DNA of 64,000 nucleotides from Auanema rhodensis (lineage: Eukaryota; Animalia; Nematoda): contig OZ059899.1 of NCBI GenBank assembly GCA_964057225.1, positions 20,894,001-20,958,000 on the forward strand, written 5' to 3'. Made by a program: the position numbers and the translations under genes. How positions within the stretch are numbered: the first letter of the stretch is position 1; each line of letters begins with the position of its first letter. The notes below the pieces were generated by a model, which saw only the letters and a program-made list of their open reading frames with translations, was not told where the DNA came from and ran no database searches. Below, piece by piece: positions 24,431-37,768 of this stretch.

Positions 24431-26887
24431 CCTCGATTTTCACCCTGAAGAATTAATTTTTTCGTTGAATAACATTGTCCATCGTCTTTGCCTTGAAAAA
24501 AGAAATCTAAAAACATCTACTTTTTGCTAAATTATTTTGAAATTTTTCGAAAAAATTTTTGTCAAAATGTTTTTGGAAGCAATGTTGAGTGTACATGGAA
24601 ACTCAACATACACTAATGCATCATTTTTCAAACGATCATAACTAATTTTTGTATTAACCGTTTCTCAATGTAGTATAGTGCATTCGATGCGGATTTTTAA
24701 GCTGCGTCGATCTGTGTTATCAGATTTGCGCTAGCTTAAAAATGCACCTAGATATCAACTGATATAAGTTCACACTTATATCCTCGATTTTCACCCTGAA
24801 GAATTAATTTTTTCGTTGATTAACATTGTCCATCGTCTTTGCCTCGAAAAAAGGAATCTAAAAACATCTACGTTTCGCTAAATTATTTTGAAATTTTTCG
24901 AAAAAATTTTTGTCAAAATGTTTTTGGAAGCAATGTTGAGTGTACATGGAAACTCAACATACACTAATGCATCATTTTTCAAACGATCATAACTAATTTT
25001 TGTATTAACCGTTTCTCAATGTAGTATAGTGCATTCGATGCGGATTTTTAAGCTGCGTCGATCTGTGTTATCAGATTTGCGCTAGCTTAAAAATGCACCT
25101 AGATATCAACTGATATAAGTTCACACTTATATCCTCGATTTTCACCCTGAAGAATTAATTTTTTCGTTGAATAACATTGTCCATCGTCTTTGCCTTGAAA
25201 AAAGAAATCTAAAAACATCTACTTTTTGCTAAATTATTTTGAAATTTTTCGAAAAAATTTTTGTCAAAATGTTTTTGGAAGCAATGTTGAGTGTACATGG
25301 AAACTCAACATACACTAATGCATCATTTTTCAAACGATCATAACTGATTTTTGTATTAACCGTTTCTCAATGTAGTATAGTGCATTCGATGCGGATTTTT
25401 AAGCTGCGTCGATCTGTGTTATCAGATTTGCGCTAGCTTAAAAATGCACCTAGATATCAACTGATATAAGTTCACACTTATATCCTCGATTTTCACCCTG
25501 AAGAATTAATTTTTTCGTTGAATAACATTGTCCATCGTCTTTGCCTTGATAAAAGGAATCTAAAAACATCTACTTTTTGCTAAATTATTTTGAAATTTTT
25601 CGAAAAAATTTTTGTCAAAATGTTTTTGGAAGCAATGTTGAGTGTACATGGAAACTCAACATACACTAATGCATCATTTTTCAAACGATCATAACTAATT
25701 TTTGTATTAAGCGTTTCTCATTGTAGTATAGTGCATTCGATGCGGATTTTTAAGCTGCGTCGATCTGTGTTATCAGATTTGCGCTAGCTTAAAAATGCAC
25801 CTAGATATCAACTGATATAAGTTCACACTTATATCCTCGATTTTCACTTTGAAGAATTAATTTTTTCGTTGATTAACATTGTCCATCGTCTTTGCCTTGA
25901 AAAAAGGAATCTAAAAACATCTACTTTTTGCTAAATTATGTTGAAATTTTTCGAAAAAATTTTTGTCAAAATGTTTTTGGAAGCAATGTTGAGTGTACAT
26001 GGAAACTCAACATACACTAATGCATCATTTTTCAAACGATCATAACTAATTTTTGTATTAACCGTTTCTCAATGTAGTATAGTGCATTCGATGCGGATTT
26101 TTAAGCTACGTCGATCTGTGTTATCAGATTTGCGCTAGCTTAAAAATGCACCGAGATATCAACTGATATAAGTTCACACTTATATCCTCGATTTTCACCC
26201 TGAAGAATTAATTTTTTCGTTGAATAACATTGTCCATCGTCTTTGCCTTGAAAAAAGAAATCTAAAAACATCTACTTTTTGCTAAATTATTTTGAAATTT
26301 TTCGAAAAAATTTTTGTCAAAATGTTTTTGGAAGCAATGTTGAGTGTACATGGAAACTCAACATACACTAATGCATCATTTTTCAAACGATCATAACTAA
26401 TTTTTGTATTAACCGTTTCTCAATGTAGTATAGTGCATTCGATGCGGATTTTTAAGCTGCGTCGATCTGTGTTATCAGATTTGCGCTAGCTTAAAAATGC
26501 ACCTAGATATCAACTGATATAAGTTCACACTTATATCCTCGATTTTCACCCTGAAGAATTAATTTTTTCGTTGATTAACATTGTCCATCGTCTTTGCCTC
26601 GAAAAAAGGAATCTAAAAACATCTACGTTTCGCTAAATTATTTTGAAATTTTTCGAAAAAATTTTTGTCAAAATGTTTTTGGAAGCAATGTTGAGTGTAC
26701 ATGGAAACTCAACATACACTAATGCATCATTTTTCAAACGATCATAACTAATTTTTGTATTAACCGTTTCTCAATGTAGTATAGTGCATTCGATGCGGAT
26801 TTTTAAGCTGCGTCGATCTGTGTTATCAGATTTGCGCTAGCTTAAAAATGCACCTAGATATCAACTGATATAAGTTCACACTTATAT
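23378..26887 (+). repeat. Higher-order repeat, 2 copies of a 5-mer (1755 bp)
   Basis: The CACTTTG/AGCTACG monomer occurs at 24080 and 25835, with matching neighbour types. Confidence 0.85.
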
Positions 26888-29800
26888 CCTCGATTTTCAC
26901 CCTGAAGAATTAATTTTTTCGTTGATTAACATTGTCCATCGTCTTTGCCTCGAAAAAAGGAATCTAAAAACATCTACGTTTCGCTAAATTATTTTGAAAT
27001 TTTTCGAAAAAATTTTTGTCAAAATGTTTTTGGAAGCAATGTTGAGTGTACATGGAAACTCAACATACACTAATGCATCATTTTTCAAACGATCATAACT
27101 AATTTTTGTATTAACCGTTTCTCAATGTAGTATAGTGCATTCGATGCGGATTTTTAAGCTGCGTCGATCTGTGTTATCAGATTTGCGCTAGCTTAAAAAT
27201 GCACCTAGATATCAACTGATATAAGTTCACACTTATATCCTCGATTTTCACCCTGAAGAATTAATTTTTTCGTTGAATAACATTGTCCATCGTCTTTGCC
27301 TTGAAAAAAGGAATCTAAAAACATCTACTTTTTGCTAAATTATTTTGAAATTTTTCGAAAAAATTTTTGTCAAAATGTTTTTGGAAGCAATGTTGAGTGT
27401 ACATGGAAACTCAACATACACTAATGCATCATTTTTCAAACGATCATAACTTATTATTGTATCAAGCGTTTTTCAATGTAATATAGTGCATTCGATGCGG
27501 ATTTTTAAGTTGCGTCGATCTGTGTTATCAGATTTGCGCTAGCTTAAAAATGCACCTAGATATCAACTGATATAAGTTCACACTTATATCCTCGATTTTC
27601 ACCCTGAAGAATTAATTTTTTCGTTGATTAACATTGTCCATCGTCTTTGCCTTGAAAAAAGGAATCTAAAAACATCTACTTTTTGCTAAATTATGTTGAA
27701 ATTTTTCGAAAAAATTTTTGTCAAAATGTTTTTGGAAGCAATGTTGAGTGTACATGGAAACTCAACATACACTAATGCATCATTTTTCAAACGATCATAA
27801 CTAATTTTTGTATTAACCGTTTCTCAATGTAGTATAGTGCATTCGATGCGGATTTTTAAGCTGCGTCGATCTGTGTTATCAGATTTGCGCTAGCTTAAAA
27901 ATGCACCTAGATATCAACTGATATAAGTTCACACTTATATCCTCGATTTTCACCCTGAAGAATTAATTTTTTCGTTGAATAACATTGTCCATCGTCTTTG
28001 CCTTGAAAAAAGGAATCTAAAAACATCTACTTTTTGCTAAATTATTTTGAAATTTTTCGAAAAAATTTTTGTCAAAATGTTTTTGGAAGCAATGTTGAGT
28101 GTACATGGAAACTCAACATACACTAATGCATCATTTTTCAAACGATCATAACTAATTATTGTATCAAGCGTTTTTCAATGTAATATAGTGCATTCGATGC
28201 GGATTTTTAAGTTGCGTCGATCTGTGTTATCAGATTTGCGCTAGCTTAAAAATGCACCTAGATATCAACTGATATAAGTTCACACTTATATCCTCGATTT
28301 TCACCCTGAAGAATTAATTTTTTCGTTGATTAACATTGTCCATCGTCTTTGCCTTGAAAAAAGGAATCTAAAAACATCTACTTTTTGCTAAATTATGTTG
28401 AAATTTTTCGAAAAAATTTTTGTCAAAATGTTTTTGGAAGCAATGTTGAGTGTACATGGAAACTCAACATACACTAATGCATCATTTTTCAAACGATCAT
28501 AACTAATTTTTGTATTAACCGTTTCTCAATGTAGTATAGTGCATTCGATGCGGATTTTTAAGCTGCGTCGATCTGTGTTATCAGATTTGCGCTAGCTTAA
28601 AAATGCACCGAGATATCAACTGATATAAGTTCACACTTATATCCTCGATTTTCACCCTGAAGAATTAATTTTTTCGTTGAATAACATTGTCCATCGTCTT
28701 TGCCTTGAAAAAAGAAATCTAAAAACTTCTACTTTTTGCTAAATTATGTTGAAATTTTTCGAAAAAATTTTTGTCAAAATGTTTTTGGAAGCAATGTTGA
28801 GTGTACATGGAAACTCAACATACACTAATGCATCATTTTTCAAACGATCATAACTAATTTTTGTATTAAGCGTTTCTCAATGTAGTATAGTGCATTCGAT
28901 GCGGATTTTTAAGCTGCGTCGATCTGTGTTATCAGATTTGCGCTAGCTTAAAAATGCACCTAGATATCAACTGATATAAGTTCACACTTATATCCTCGAT
29001 TTTCACCCTGAAGAATTAATTTTTTCGTTGATTAACATTGTCCATCGTCTTTGCCTTGAAAAAAGGAATCTAAAAACATCTACTTTTTGCTAAATTATGT
29101 TGAAATTTTTCGAAAAAATTTTTGTCAAAATGTTTTTGGAAGCAATGTTGAGTGTACATGGAAACTCAACATACACTAATGCATCATTTTTCAAACGATC
29201 ATAACTAATTTTTGTATTAACCGTTTCTCAATGTAGTATAGTGCATTCGATGCGGATTTTTAAGCTGCGTCGATCTGTGTTATCAGATTTGCGCTAGCTT
29301 AAAAATGCACCGAGATATCAACTGATATAAGTTCACACTTATATCCTCGATTTTCACCCTGAAGAATTAATTTTTTCGTTGAATAACATTGTCCATCGTC
29401 TTTGCCTTGAAAAAAGAAATCTAAAAACATCTACTTTTTGCTAAATTATTTTGAAATTTTTCGAAAAAATTTTTGTCAAAATGTTTTTGGAAGCAATGTT
29501 GAGTGTACATGGAAACTCAACATACACTAATGCATCATTTTTCAAACGATCATAACTAATTTTTGTATTAAGCGTTTCTCAATGTAGTATAGTGCATTCG
29601 ATGCGGATTTTTAAGCTGCGTCGATCTGTGTTATCAGATTTGCGCTAGCTTAAAAATGCACCTAGATATCAACTGATATAAGTTCACACTTATATCCTCG
29701 ATTTTCACCCTGAAGAATTAATTTTTTCGTTGATTAACATTGTCCATCGTCTTTGCCTTGAAAAAAGGAATCTAAAAACATCTACTTTTTGCTAAATTAT

Positions 29801-31450
29801 GTTGAAATTTTTCGAAAAAATTTTTGTCAAAATGTTTTTGGAAGCAATGTTGAGTGTACATGGAAACTCAACATACACTAATGCATCATTTTTCAAACGA
29901 TCATAACTATTTTTTGTATTAAGCGTTTCTCAATGTAGTATAGTGCATTCGATGCGGATTTTTAAGCTGCGTCGATCTGTGTTATCAGATTTGCGCTAGC
30001 TTAAAAATGCACCGAGATATCAACTGATATAAGTTCACACTTATATCCTCGATTTTCACCCTGAAGAATTAATTTTTTCGTTGAATAACATTGTCCATCG
30101 TCTTTGCCTTGAAAAAAGAAATCTAAAAACATCTACTTTTTGCTAAATTATTTTGAAATTTTTCGAAAAAATTTTTGTCAAAATGTTTTTGGAAGCAATG
30201 TTGAGTGTACATGGAAACTCAACATACACTAATGCATCATTTTTCAAACGATCATAACTAATTTTTGTATTAAGCGTTTCTCAATGTAGTATAGTGCATT
30301 CGATGCGGATTTTTAAGCTGCGTCGATCTGTGTTATCAGATTTGCGCTAGCTTAAAAATGCACATAGATATCAACTGATATAAGTTCACACTTATATCCT
30401 CGATTTTCACCCTGAAGAATTAATTTTTTCGTTGATTAACATTGTCCATCGTCTTTGCCTTGAAAAAAGGTATCTAAAAACATCTACTTTTTGCTAAATT
30501 ATGTTGAAATTTTTCGAAAAAATTTTTGTCAAAATGTTTTTGGAAGCAATGTTGAGTGTACATGGAAACTCAACATACACTAATGCATCATTTTTCAAAC
30601 GATCATAACTAATTTTTGTATTAAGCGTTTTTCAATGTAGTATAGTGCATTCGATGCGGATTTTTAAGCTGCGTCGATCTGTGTTATCAGATTTGCGCTA
30701 GCTTAAAAATGCACCTAGATATCAACTGATATAAGTTCACACTTATATCCTCGATTTTCACCCTGAAGAATTAATTTTTTCGTTGAATAACATTGTCCAT
30801 CGTCTTTGCCTTGAAAAAAGAAATCTAAAAACATCTACTTTTTGCTAAATTATTTTGAAATTTTTCGAAAAAATTTTTGTCAAAATGTTTTTGGAAGCAA
30901 TGTTGAGTGTACATGGAAACTCAACATACACTAATGCATCATTTTTCAAACGATCATAACTATTTTTTGTATTAAGCGTTTCTCAATGTAGTATAGTGCA
31001 TTCGATGCGGATTTTTAAGCTGCGTCGATCTGTGTTATCAGATTTGCGCTAGCTTAAAAATGCACCGAGATATCAACTGATATAAGTTCACACTTATATC
31101 CTCGATTTTCACCCTGAAGAATTAATTTTTTCGTTGAATAACATTGTCCATCGTCTTTGCCTTGAAAAAAGAAATCTAAAAACATCTACTTTTTGCTAAA
31201 TTATTTTGAAATTTTTCGAAAAAATTTTTGTCAAAATGTTTTTGGAAGCAATGTTGAGTGTACATGGAAACTCAACATACACTAATGCATCATTTTTCAA
31301 ACGATCATAACTAATTTTTGTATTAAGCGTTTCTCAATGTAGTATAGTGCATTCGATGCGGATTTTTAAGCTGCGTCGATCTGTGTTATCAGATTTGCGC
31401 TAGCTTAAAAATGCACATAGATATCAACTGATATAAGTTCACACTTATAT

Positions 31451-34400
31451 CCTCGATTTTCACCCTGAAGAATTAATTTTTTCGTTGATTAACATTGTCC
31501 ATCGTCTTTGCCTTGAAAAAAGGTATCTAAAAACATCTACTTTTTGCTAAATTATGTTGAAATTTTTCGAAAAAATTTTTGTCAAAATGTTTTTGGAAGC
31601 AATGTTGAGTGTACATGGAAACTCAACATACACTAATGCATCATTTTTCAAACGATCATAACTAATTTTTGTATTAAGCGTTTCTCAATGTAGTATAGTG
31701 CATTCGATGCGGATTTTTAAGCTGCGTCGATCTGTGTTATCAGATTTGCGCTAGCTTAAAAATGCACCTAGATATCAACTGATATAAGTTCACACTTATA
31801 TCCTCGATTTTCACCCTGAAGAATTAATTTTTTCGTTGAATAACATTGTCCATCGTCTTTGCCTTGAAAAAAGAAATCTAAAAACATCTACTTTTTGCTA
31901 AATTATTTTGAAATTTTTCGAAAAAATTTTTGTCAAAATGTTTTTGGAAGCAATGTTGAGTGTACATGGAAACTCAACATACACTAATGCATCATTTTTC
32001 AAACGATCATAACTAATTTTTGTATTAAGCGTTTCTCAATGTAGTATAGTGCATTCGATGCGGATTTTTAAGCTGCGTCGATCTGTGTTATCAGATTTGC
32101 GCTAGCTTAATAATGCACCTAGATATCAACTGATATAAGTTCACACTTATATCCTCGATTTTCACCCTGAAGAATTAATTTTTTCGTTGATTAACATTGT
32201 CCATCGTCTTTGCCTTGAAAAAAGGAATCTAAAAACATCTACTTTTTGCTAAATTATGTTGAAATTTTTCGAAAAAATTTTTGTCAAAATGTTTTTGGAA
32301 GCAATGTTGAGTGTACATGGAAACTCAACATACACTAATGCATCATTTTTCAAACGATCATAACTATTTTTTGTATTAAGCGTTTCTCAATGTAGTATAG
32401 TGCATTCGATGCGGATTTTTAAGCTGCGTCGATCTGTGTTATCAGATTTGCGCTAGCTTAAAAATGCACCTAGATATCAACTGATATAAGTTCACACTTA
32501 TATCCTCGATTTTCACCCTGAAGAATTAATTTTTTCGTTGATTAACATTGTCCATCGTCTTTGCCTTGAAAAAAGGTATCTAAAAACATCTACTTTTTGC
32601 TAAATTATGTTGAAATTTTTCGAAAAAATTTTTGTCAAAATGTTTTTGGAAGCAATGTTGAGTGTACATGGAAACTCAACATACACTAATGCATCATTTT
32701 TCAAACGATCATAACTAATTTTTGTATTAAGCGTTTCTCAATGTGGTATAGTGCATTCGATGCGGATTTTTAAGCTGCGTCGATCTGTGTTATCAGATTT
32801 GCGCTAGCTTAAAAATGCACCTAGATATCAACTGATATAAGTTCACACTTATATCCTCAATTTTCACCCTGAAGAATTAATTTTTTCGTTGATTAACATT
32901 GTCCATCGTCTTTGCCTTGAAAAAAGGAATCTAAAAACATCTACTTTTTGCTAAATTATGTTGAAATTTTTCGAAAAAATTTTTGTCAAAATGTTTTTGG
33001 AAGCAATGTTGAGTGTACATGGAAACTCAACATACACTAATGCATCATTTTTCAAACGATCATAACTAATTTTTGTATTAAGCGTTTCTCAATGTAGTAT
33101 AGTGCATTCGATGCGGATTTTTAAGCTGCGTCGATCTGTGTTATCAGATTTGCGCTAGCTTAAAAATGCACCGAGATATCAACTGATATAAGTTCACACT
33201 TATATCCTCGATTTTCACCCTGAAGAATTAATTTTTTCGTTGAATAACATTGTCCATCGTCTTTGCCTTGAAAAAAGAAATCTAAAAACATCTACTTTTT
33301 GCTAAATTATTTTGAAATTTTTCGAAAAAATTTTTGTCAAAATGTTTTTGGAAGCAATGTTGAGTGTACATGGAAACTCAACATACACTAATGCATCATT
33401 TTTCAAACGATCATAACTAATTTTTGTATTAAGCGTTTCTCAATGTAGTATAGTGCATTCGATGCGGATTTTTAAGCTGCGTCGATCTGTGTTATCAGAT
33501 TTGCGCTAGCTTAAAAATGCACCTAGATATCAACTGATATAAGTTCACACTTATATCCTCGATTTTCACCCTGAAGAATTAATTTTTTCGTTGAATAACA
33601 TTGTCCATCGTCTTTGCCTTGAAAAAAGAAATCTAAAAACATCTACTTTTTGCTAAATTATTTTGAAATTTTTCGAAAAAATTTTTGTCAAAATGTTTTT
33701 GGAAGCAATGTTGAGTGTACATGGAAACTCAACATACACTAATGCATCATTTTTCAAACGATCATAACTAATTTTTGTATTAAGCGTTTCTCAATGTAGT
33801 ATAGTGCATTCGATGCGGATTTTTAAGCTGCGTCGATCTGTGTTATCAGATTTGCGCTAGCTTAATAATGCACCTAGATATCAACTGATATAAGTTCACA
33901 CTTATATCCTCGATTTTCACCCTGAAGAATTAATTTTTTCGTTGATTAACATTGTCCATCGTCTTTGCCTTGAAAAAAGGAATCTAAAAACATCTACTTT
34001 TTGCTAAATTATGTTGAAATTTTTCGAAAAAATTTTTGTCAAAATGTTTTTGGAAGCAATGTTGAGTGTACATGGAAACTCAACATACACTAATGCATCA
34101 TTTTTCAAACGATCATAACTATTTTTTGTATTAAGCGTTTCTCAATGTAGTATAGTGCATTCGATGCGGATTTTTAAGCTGCGTCGATCTGTGTTATCAG
34201 ATTTGCGCTAGCTTAAAAATGCACCTAGATATCAACTGATATAAGTTCACACTTATATCCTCGATTTTCACCCTGAAGAATTAATTTTTTCGTTGATTAA
34301 CATTGTCCATCGTCTTTGCCTTGAAAAAAGGTATCTAAAAACATCTACTTTTTGCTAAATTATGTTGAAATTTTTCGAAAAAATTTTTGTCAAAATGTTT

Positions 34401-37400
34401 TTGGAAGCAATGTTGAGTGTACATGGAAACTCAACATACACTAATGCATCATTTTTCGAACGATCATAACTAATTTTTGTATTAAGCGTTTCTCAATGTG
34501 GTATAGTGCATTCGATGCGGATTTTTAAGCTGCGTCGATCTGTGTTATCAGATTTGCGCTAGCTTAAAAATGCACCTAGATATCAACTGATATAAGTTCA
34601 CACTTATATCCTCGATTTTCACCCTGAAGAATTAATTTTTTCGTTGATTAACATTGTCCATCGTCTTTGCCTTGAAAAAAGGTATCTAAAAACATCTACT
34701 TTTTGCTAAATTATGTTGAAATTTTTCGAAAAAATTTTTGTCAAAATGTTTTTGGAAGCAATGTTGAGTGTACATGGAAACTCAACATACACTAATGCAT
34801 CATTTTTCAAACGATCATAACTAATTTTTGTATTAAGCGTTTCTCAATGTAGTATAGTGCATTCGATGCGGATTTTTAAGCTGCGTCGATCTGTGTTATC
34901 AGATTTGCGCTAGCTTAAAAATGCACCTAGATATCAACTGATATAAGTTCACACTTATATCCTCGATTTTCACCCTGAAGAATTAATTTTTTCGTTGAAT
35001 AACATTGTCCATCGTCTTTGCCTTGAAAAAAGAAATCTAAAAACATCTACTTTTTGCTAAATTATTTTGAAATTTTTCGAAAAAATTTTTGTCAAAATGT
35101 TTTTGGAAGCAATGTTGAGTGTACATGGAAACTCAACATACACTAATGCATCATTTTTCAAACGATCATAACTAATTTTTGTATTAAGCGTTTCTCAATG
35201 TAGTATAGTGCATTCGATGCGGATTTTTAAGCTGCGTCGATCTGTGTTATCAGATTTGCGCTAGCTTAATAATGCACCTAGATATCAACTGATATAAGTT
35301 CACACTTATATCCTCGATTTTCACCCTGAAGAATTAATTTTTTCGTTGATTAACATTGTCCATCGTCTTTGCCTTGAAAAAAGGAATCTAAAAACATCTA
35401 CTTTTTGCTAAATTATGTTGAAATTTTTCGAAAAAATTTTTGTCAAAATGTTTTTGGAAGCAATGTTGAGTGTACATGGAAACTCAACATACACTAATGC
35501 ATCATTTTTCAAACGATCATAACTATTTTTTGTATTAAGCGTTTCTCAATGTAGTATAGTGCATTCGATGCGGATTTTTAAGCTGCGTCGATCTGTGTTA
35601 TCAGATTTGCGCTAGCTTAAAAATGCACCTAGATATCAACTGATATAAGTTCACACTTATATCCTCGATTTTCACCCTGAAGAATTAATTTTTTCGTTGA
35701 TTAACATTGTCCATCGTCTTTGCCTTGAAAAAAGGTATCTAAAAACATCTACTTTTTGCTAAATTATGTTGAAATTTTTCGAAAAAATTTTTGTCAAAAT
35801 GTTTTTGGAAGCAATGTTGAGTGTACATGGAAACTCAACATACACTAATGCATCATTTTTCAAACGATCATAACTAATTTTTGTATTAAGCGTTTCTCAA
35901 TGTGGTATAGTGCATTCGATGCGGATTTTTAAGCTGCGTCGATCTGTGTTATCAGATTTGCGCTAGCTTAAAAATGCACCTAGATATCAACTGATATAAG
36001 TTCACACTTATATCCTCAATTTTCACCCTGAAGAATTAATTTTTTCGTTGATTAACATTGTCCATCGTCTTTGCCTTGAAAAAAGGAATCTAAAAACATC
36101 TACTTTTTGCTAAATTATGTTGAAATTTTTCGAAAAAATTTTTGTCAAAATGTTTTTGGAAGCAATGTTGAGTGTACATGGAAACTCAACATACACTAAT
36201 GCATCATTTTTCAAACGATCATAACTAATTTTTGTATTAAGCGTTTCTCAATGTAGTATAGTGCATTCGATGCGGATTTTTAAGCTGCGTCGATCTGTGT
36301 TATCAGATTTGCGCTAGCTTAAAAATGCACCGAGATATCAACTGATATAAGTTCACACTTATATCCTCGATTTTCACCCTGAAGAATTAATTTTTTCGTT
36401 GAATAACATTGTCCATCGTCTTTGCCTTGAAAAAAGAAATCTAAAAACATCTACTTTTTGCTAAATTATTTTGAAATTTTTCGAAAAAATTTTTGTCAAA
36501 ATGTTTTTGGAAGCAATGTTGAGTGTACATGGAAACTCAACATACACTAATGCATCATTTTTCAAACGATCATAACTAATTTTTGTATTAAGCGTTTCTC
36601 AATGTAGTATAGTGCATTCGATGCGGATTTTTAAGCTGCGTCGATCTGTGTTATCAGATTTGCGCTAGCTTAAAAATGCACCTAGATATCAACTGATATA
36701 AGTTCACACTTATATCCTCGATTTTCACCCTGAAGAATTAATTTTTTCGTTGAATAACATTGTCCATCGTCTTTGCCTTGAAAAAAGAAATCTAAAAACA
36801 TCTACTTTTTGCTAAATTATTTTGAAATTTTTCGAAAAAATTTTTGTCAAAATGTTTTTGGAAGCAATGTTGAGTGTACATGGAAACTCAACATACACTA
36901 ATGCATCATTTTTCAAACGATCATAACTAATTTTTGTATTAAGCGTTTCTCAATGTAGTATAGTGCATTCGATGCGGATTTTTAAGCTGCGTCGATCTGT
37001 GTTATCAGATTTGCGCTAGCTTAATAATGCACCTAGATATCAACTGATATAAGTTCACACTTATATCCTCGATTTTCACCCTGAAGAATTAATTTTTTCG
37101 TTGATTAACATTGTCCATCGTCTTTGCCTTGAAAAAAGGAATCTAAAAACATCTACTTTTTGCTAAATTATGTTGAAATTTTTCGAAAAAATTTTTGTCA
37201 AAATGTTTTTGGAAGCAATGTTGAGTGTACATGGAAACTCAACATACACTAATGCATCATTTTTCAAACGATCATAACTATTTTTTGTATTAAGCGTTTC
37301 TCAATGTAGTATAGTGCATTCGATGCGGATTTTTAAGCTGCGTCGATCTGTGTTATCAGATTTGCGCTAGCTTAAAAATGCACCTAGATATCAACTGATA

Positions 37401-37768
37401 TAAGTTCACACTTATATCCTCGATTTTCACCCTGAAGAATTAATTTTTTCGTTGATTAACATTGTCCATCGTCTTTGCCTTGAAAAAAGGTATCTAAAAA
37501 CATCTACTTTTTGCTAAATTATGTTGAAATTTTTCGAAAAAATTTTTGTCAAAATGTTTTTGGAAGCAATGTTGAGTGTACATGGAAACTCAACATACAC
37601 TAATGCATCATTTTTCAAACGATCATAACTAATTTTTGTATTAAGCGTTTCTCAATGTGGTATAGTGCATTCGATGCGGATTTTTAAGCTGCGTCGATCT
37701 GTGTTATCAGATTTGCGCTAGCTTAAAAATGCACCTAGATATCAACTGATATAAGTTCACACTTATAT
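31451..37768 (+). repeat. Higher-order repeat, 2 copies of a 9-mer (3159 bp) with internal 5+4 periodicity
   Basis: CCTCAATT at 32859 and 36018. The CTTAATAATG marker falls at 32111, 33866, 35270 and 37025 (spacing 5, 4, 5 monomers). Confidence 0.88.
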
